The notes beneath the pieces were generated by a model. It was given only the letters and a program-made list of their open reading frames with translations, made no database searches and was not told where the DNA came from. From assembly GCA_951406725.2 (NCBI GenBank), contig OX597830.1, positions 73,904,001 through 73,968,000 on the forward strand: 64,000 nucleotides of DNA, given 5' to 3'. Both the position numbers and the translations under genes were made by a program. Positions 57,779-64,000 of this stretch are shown here, one piece after another; position 1 is the first letter of the stretch, and each line of letters begins with the position of its first letter. This DNA comes from Octopus vulgaris (taxonomy: Eukaryota).

Positions 57779-58377
57779 GCACATGTGTGTTCCTGTGTGT
57801 GTATGAATTACTGTTTTTCACACAGGCACAGCGCTTGTGATTTTTCCTGGGGAAGGATTTAGTCATTTAAATCGGCTCCCAATATTTGTGTCATTCTCCA
57901 TCATATCGACCCAGGTGGTATAAAAGATGAAGCTGACCAATTCACCTATCATCTGTATTGTCATCTCCTGAGTTCAAATCACACTAAGGTACTTCTTTCC
58001 TTTTTTTATCATTCATTTATCGTACAAAAATTACAATTCAATTCGTAAGACTCCTAGGCCAAACTGTGTAATCATCCTAAGTCCTTTCTAGAAACCTTCA
58101 GAATCAGTGGAGCTAAAAACAAACCACTTTTATATTTTATACTTTTAAACTTGAAATTTCACCATGACCTACTGCTTTCCATCCATGCTTCTGGGACCCG
58201 GTGAAATAAGTACCAATCGTATAGGTGGGATCACTTTTAAAAATACATAACCTTCACATACAGTATGTAACCATAAGCAACCCAATGGCCCAACTTGGTT
58301 GCACGCCCTTCACCCATTCCGAGGACGCAGCATGCGGCTAAGAGTGTTGTTCTGTTCTAGTTATCGTTATATATATT

Positions 58378-59178
58378 TTACCTTTTACTTGTTTCGGTTA
58401 TTCAACTACGGCCATGCTAGGGTACCGCCTTAAGGCCTTAATCGAACTAATCGATACCAGTAACTCTTTTGTTTTTTTTTAAAGCTGACTCTTATTCTAT
58501 AGATCTCTTTTGCCGAACCGTTAAGTTAAGAATAAGTAAACAAAACAACGCTATTAAGCGATAGTGGGAGACAAATACAGTCGCACCTACGTAGATATAT
58601 ACATATACACGCATGCATATTTACATATTTTAGGTATATACACGCATATATACATACATACATTGATACACACATTCATATACACTCTCTTTGTTTCTTT
58701 CTGTGTTTCTTTCTGTGGAAGAGCGTAGGCTCGAAACGTTAATGACTTTTTCACTTCCCGAGCGTTAAACTAATATATCTGCTTGTTATCTACACAACAT
58801 GTTTTCGTCTTTTGTTTAAGTAAATCAAATAAGTAACTTATTTGCTGCTGTTTATTCACCTAACTTCGATCTGCGCGGATAATACCGGACTGACTTAGTG
58901 CCTCAAATTAAGTACCTAATTCAAGTGAATCTTAATTATTTCTCATATATATATATATATATTTATTTCTTATATAGTATTATATATATATATATATATA
59001 TATAAACAACCCACATATGCGAGGAATCTTCGTAAAGTTTCCATCTACCAAATTTCATTCATAAAATATTAGTTGGTATATCGCTATAGTAACGCATAGG
59101 TGCTGTGCTGTGGGACTGAACCCCAAACCCCAAACCCCAAACCACGTGGTTACAAAACAAGCTTCTTAACCACACAGA
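58378..59178 (-). mobile_element. Old family A SINE with an HHR stub inserted in its internal TA region
   Basis: Tail at 58378-58580, head at 59025-59178. Confidence 0.75.
58708..58745 (+). ncRNA. Minimal hammerhead variant (CUGUGGA core)
   Basis: TCTTT-CTGTGGA-A-GAGC-GTAG-GCTC-GAAAC-GTT-AATGA. Confidence 0.65.
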
Positions 59179-59997
59179 CGTATTAAATACTTATTAATGT
59201 GTCATTATGGTTACTGGGGATTCCTAATCTTTTACTTCACATCAATATATCCCAACATAGTTTTTTTTGTTTTTGTTTTTGTTTTTTACATTACTGCCCC
59301 AGTCGCATGTACTTTGTTGCTATTGAATGGAATCATCAAAGAAGCCATTGGCAACATCTATAGAACGTTGGAAAAAGATCGTGCGATTTGTTTTTCTTTC
59401 AACTCTTTACGTTCTGTGCTGGAAACCCACTTCCATCTAATTTGTCATTTATCTATCCAAGGTCGATAAAATAATATATCACTCGAGTATTGGGGTCTTT
59501 GGTACCGAATAACTGCGTCCTTTCAAAATTCTTTGCCTAGCAACTGATAGACTCGTTAAGGTCTCAGAGAAAATGCCTTGCAGCCTTGAGGTGGTTGCTC
59601 CAGCCCTTTACGTTCCAGTTTAAAATCTTCCGAGGCTAGCACTGCGGTTTATCTTTCAAGGGTCGATAGTAAAAAAAAAACTACCAAAAAACTACAAAAA
59701 AACTACTAAAAAAAAGTTTAGTTCTAATGTCATTCGTTACAACTAACAACCTCCCCTCAAAGTTACTGATCGGTAGAATTCCTCTGAGCCCAACATAAAA
59801 GTGTCTAGCAGTATTTTTGTGTCTCTTTATGTTCTAAGATCGAATCTCACCAAGGTCAACTTAATGATTTATCTCAGCAAGATCGATAAAATAGATTATC
59901 AGTCTCATACTGGGAATCGATACTACCAACTAACAACCTCAGGTCAAATTTGCTGGTATGCGCCTAAATTACAGACAATGATTATTATCATTATTAT

Positions 59998-60206
59998 TGG
60001 CGAGCTGGCAGAATCGTTAACACACCGGGCAAAATGCTTAGCTGTATTTCATCTGTCTATACGGTCTGAGTTCAAATTCCGCCGAGGTCGATTTTGCCTT
60101 TCATCCTTTCGGAGTCGATAAAGTAAGTACCAGTTACGCATTGGGGTCGATGTAATCGATTAGTCCCCACCCCAAAATTTCAGACATTGTGCCTATAGTC
60201 GAAAAG

Positions 60207-60251
<45 letters not shown>

Positions 60252-60287
60252 ATTATTATTATTATTATTATTATCATTATTATTATT

Positions 60288-60359
<72 letters not shown>

Positions 60360-60415
60360 TAGTTTTATTTTTATTTTTATAGCGTGCTTTCACTTCACTA
60401 CCGAGCGCAGCTCTG

Positions 60416-60476
<61 letters not shown>

Positions 60477-60666
60477 TGAGGTGGTGAGTTAGCAGAATCG
60501 TTAGCACGCCGGGCGAAATGCTTAGTGGTATTTCGTCCTCACGTTCTAAGTTCAAATTCCGTCGAGGTCGACTTTGCTTCTCATTTTTGCGGGGTCGATA
60601 AATCCTGTACCAGTGAAGCACTGGGGTCGATGTAAACTTCAGGCCTTGTGCATTTAGTAGAAAGGA
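59998..60666 (+). mobile_element. Two family D SINEs (59998-60208, 60478-60666) separated by (TTA)n
   Basis: Family D head and body in both. Confidence 0.87.
60357..60417 (-). mobile_element. ~60-bp 3'-end stub of a Dong-like element in (TTA)n
   Basis: CAGTAGTTTTATTTTTAT...CGTGCTTTCACTTCACT resembles 23723-23759. Confidence 0.7.
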
Positions 60667-60724
60667 TTATTATTATTAAGACGTTATCTTAGCGAACAAA
60701 ACGTAACATTTATCCTTTTACATA

Positions 60725-60779
<55 letters not shown>

Positions 60780-60852
60780 TGTAACTATACGTGAACTGTT
60801 GGAGACTTTTCTCCTCGTTCTTTCTTTTCCTTTAGACTCTCATATGTTTCCT

Positions 60853-60887
60853 GTTTCTGAAGAAGAGCTATGCACGAAACGTGAAGT
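60853..60887 (+). ncRNA. Minimal hammerhead-like motif in a (TA)n-flanked stub (60780-60990)
   Basis: TTT-CTGAAGA-A-GAGC-TAT-GCAC-GAAAC-GTG-AAG; degenerate (GUG site, one stem II mismatch). Confidence 0.6.
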
Positions 60888-61199
60888 AACCACTCTCTAC
60901 CTTCTCCGAGTGTCTTATTAATACTTTACATGTGCTACGTCCTCCCGTTGTCGTTTATTTCTTGTCTTTTTCTCCGTTTTTAATTAATTATATGTACATA
61001 TATATATATATATATATATATTTAATATGTGTGTGCGTGTGTGTGTAAAATATTATTAAGATTCAGTTGAATTAGGTACTTAAATTGAGGCACCTTGCTA
61101 GTTCGGTATAGTCCCCACAAACCAACAGTATGTGTACATACATACATACACACATATATACATAGATACATACATACATACATACATACATACATACAT

Positions 61200-61288
<89 letters not shown>

Positions 61289-61456
61289 CATACGCAGGCG
61301 TGGCTGTGTGGTAAAAAGCTTGTTTCCCAACCACATGGGTCGGGGTTCAGTCCCACTGCGTGGGACCTTCTGCCAGTGACTTTTACTTCACCATCGGGTC
61401 GAACCTTGAAAGAGTATTTGTCAGACGGAAACTGAAAGGAAACCGTCATATATCTA

Positions 61457-61557
<101 letters not shown>

Positions 61558-61794
61558 GAACACACGCACACGCAAATACACACTCATGCAAACACACACA
61601 GATAAGCCACAAACGCTCTCTTACTTTCACCGAAACGCACACATGCACTCACACATACATTCATATATAGAGTACGCCTCAAAAATACTATGTATCTTGG
61701 TAAGATGCTTTTCTGTCGAAATTAATAATGTTTCCTTATCACTAGGTCAACACCTGATAGAGAAGCCCTTACATCAAAGCATGCTATACCTATT

Positions 61795-62013
61795 TCTTTA
61801 CTATCCACAAGGAGCTAAACACAGAGGGGACAAACAAGGAGATTAAGTCAATTATATCTACCCCAGTGCGTAACTGGTACTTAATTTATCGACCTCGAAA
61901 GGATGAAAGGCAAAGTCGACCTCGGCGGAATTTGAACTCAGAACGTAACGGTAGACGAAATACCGCAAAGCATTTCGCCCGGCGTGCTAACGTTTCTGCC
62001 AGCTCGCCGCCTT
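61795..62013 (-). mobile_element. SINE family D
   Basis: Reverse complement of 968-1200; flanked by repeated AAAGCATGCTATACC (61776, 62018). Confidence 0.9.
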
Positions 62014-62271
62014 GAACGAAAGCATGCTATACCGTGCGTTTATGCTCTCTGGGACAACATTACTTTTTTCTTTTACTTTTCTGTGTAGTTATAGGAGCAT
62101 GACCTGAGAGCATTTGACTGCGATTCTTTCAGGTCACGTACCCTTGTGGAGGACACCCCGTTGGCTTATATGTAAATAGGGTATATAACAGTATTGTGCA
62201 TGTTTACTAACATGCTTAACGCCTATTTCAAAAGCAACCATTCACACATTAATATATATGCGTACAGATAT

Positions 62272-62437
62272 AGGCGCAGGAGTGGCTGTGTGGTAAGTAG
62301 CTTGTCTACCAACCACATGGTTCCGGGTTCAGTCCCACAGCGTGGCACCCTGGGCAAGTGTCTTCTACTATAGCCTCGGGCCGACCAAAGCCTTGTGAGT
62401 GGATTTGGTAGACGGAAACTGAAAGAAACCCGTCGTA

Positions 62438-62487
<50 letters not shown>

Positions 62488-62704
62488 TGTGTGTTTGTGT
62501 GTCTGTGTTTGTCCCCTAGCATTGCTTGACAACCGATGCTGGTGTGTTTATGTCCTCGTTACCTAGCGGTTCGGCAAGGGACCGATAGAATAAGTACTGG
62601 GCTTACAAAAGAATAAGTCCCGGGGTCAAGTTGTCAATTAAAAGGCGGTGCTCCAGCATGGCCGCAGTCAAATGACTGAAACAAGTAAAAGAGTAAAAAG
62701 AGTA
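62272..62704 (+). mobile_element. SINE family A, full length
   Basis: Near-identical to 12311-12734. Confidence 0.93.
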
Positions 62705-63001
62705 TACGCGCAGACGCATCACCAAGCATACTCTTTCACGTACGTGTGCACTCGCATACGCATGCGCACGCACGCGTGAAGACACACGTTGCCATTACAT
62801 AGCACTTACACATACTAATGTCTATATGCAATAGATTCCGTCAGAAAATAATTACAATAAGCGGCTTGGCCCTCTTTCTTACGCATGCTATATATTATAG
62901 GCAAACACATATTATACAATAAGTATATACATATGTATATATATGAATACATACATATATATGAGGGTGTTCATATATATATATATATTGGTGCAGGCAT
63001 C

Positions 63002-63080
63002 TGGCTCGCCAGCCCTCACTCAAAATCGTCCAACCCATGCTAGCATGGAAAGCGGACGTTAAACGATGATGATGATGATG
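63002..63080 (+). mobile_element. Short retroposon 3' tail ending in (GAT)n
   Basis: CCAACCCATGCTAGCATGGAAAGCGGACGTTAAACGATGATG; stem-loop plus microsatellite tail typical of LINE/SINE 3' ends. Confidence 0.6.
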
Positions 63081-63173
63081 AAGACATACACACATACACA
63101 TACACACACACATATATATATATGCTTTCGGTGAGAACGGTTTTTTGTACGGCGCCATTTTTACAATCCTGTA

Positions 63174-63345
63174 AATAATAATAATGGTATTTTTATATAA
63201 GCTTAAGGACTTCTGGTGATCACCGTGCAATGCCTTCTTTTTTCCATCGAGGGCTTATATGCCCCTTTATTGGACTATTTTCTTTAGTCATTGTATGGTG
63301 ATCGCCATAAGCTTTTAGCTTATATAAAAAATACCATCATTATTA

Positions 63346-63346
<1 letters not shown>
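63174..63346. repeat. Inverted repeat, ~58-bp arms, bounded by (AAT)n/(ATT)n
   Basis: ATGGTATTTTTATATAAGCT...TGGTGATCACCGTGCAATG versus CATTGTATGGTGATCGCCA...AGCTTATATAAAAAATACCAT. Confidence 0.82.
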
Positions 63347-63397
<51 letters not shown>

Positions 63398-63473
63398 CAC
63401 CATCATCGTGGTCGTCGTCATCATCATCATCATCATCATCATCATTATTATTGTTATTGTTCTTCTTCTTCTT

Positions 63474-63580
<107 letters not shown>

Positions 63581-63600
63581 CACCATCATCGTCGTCGTCG

Positions 63601-63631
<31 letters not shown>

Positions 63632-63704
63632 TATTGTTATTGTTCTTCTTCTTGTTCTTCTTGTTCTTGTTCTTCTTCTTGTTCTTCTTCTTCTTGTTCT
63701 TCTT

Positions 63705-63794
<90 letters not shown>

Positions 63795-64000
63795 ATATAT
63801 TATATAAGTACAGTTAAATTGACAGTTAGACAAACATATTGGTGTATATATTTATACATACACACATGTATATATGTATATGTGTATATATCTGAGTGTG
63901 TGTGTGTATATGTTTATAAGTATGTATTATGTGTGTTTGCGTGCGTGTGTGTATGTATGTGTGCATGTATATATGTATGTATGTATATATGTATGTATGT

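Overview
Gene-poor eukaryotic DNA that is extremely rich in microsatellites. The repeat repertoire (tRNA-derived SINEs, long (TA)n/(TAA)n/(TAG)n tracts) suggests an octopus/cephalopod genome; this is inferred, not verified. I found no convincing host protein-coding gene, and almost all listed ORFs are microsatellite translations. Real coding remnants are all mobile elements: two R4/Dong-clade retrotransposon 3' fragments in (TAA)n (22980-25212), an RTE-type LINE 3' fragment in (TA)n (42781-43487) and a pogo/Tigger transposase N-terminus (~42125-42340). The most notable signal is about 11 hammerhead-ribozyme (HHR)-like motifs (CUGANGA-stem II-GAAAC-palindromic stem III-GUH) from several unrelated sequence families. 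Most lie in Penelope-like stubs near (TA)n, several are in long inverted repeats, one family has a CUGUNGA core, and one sits inside a tRNA-headed SINE with a 16-bp TSD. Also present are an ~380-bp 18S rRNA fragment replacing part of a SINE tRNA head, and a 424-bp TIR element with an 8-bp TSD and internal (CCCTAA)4.
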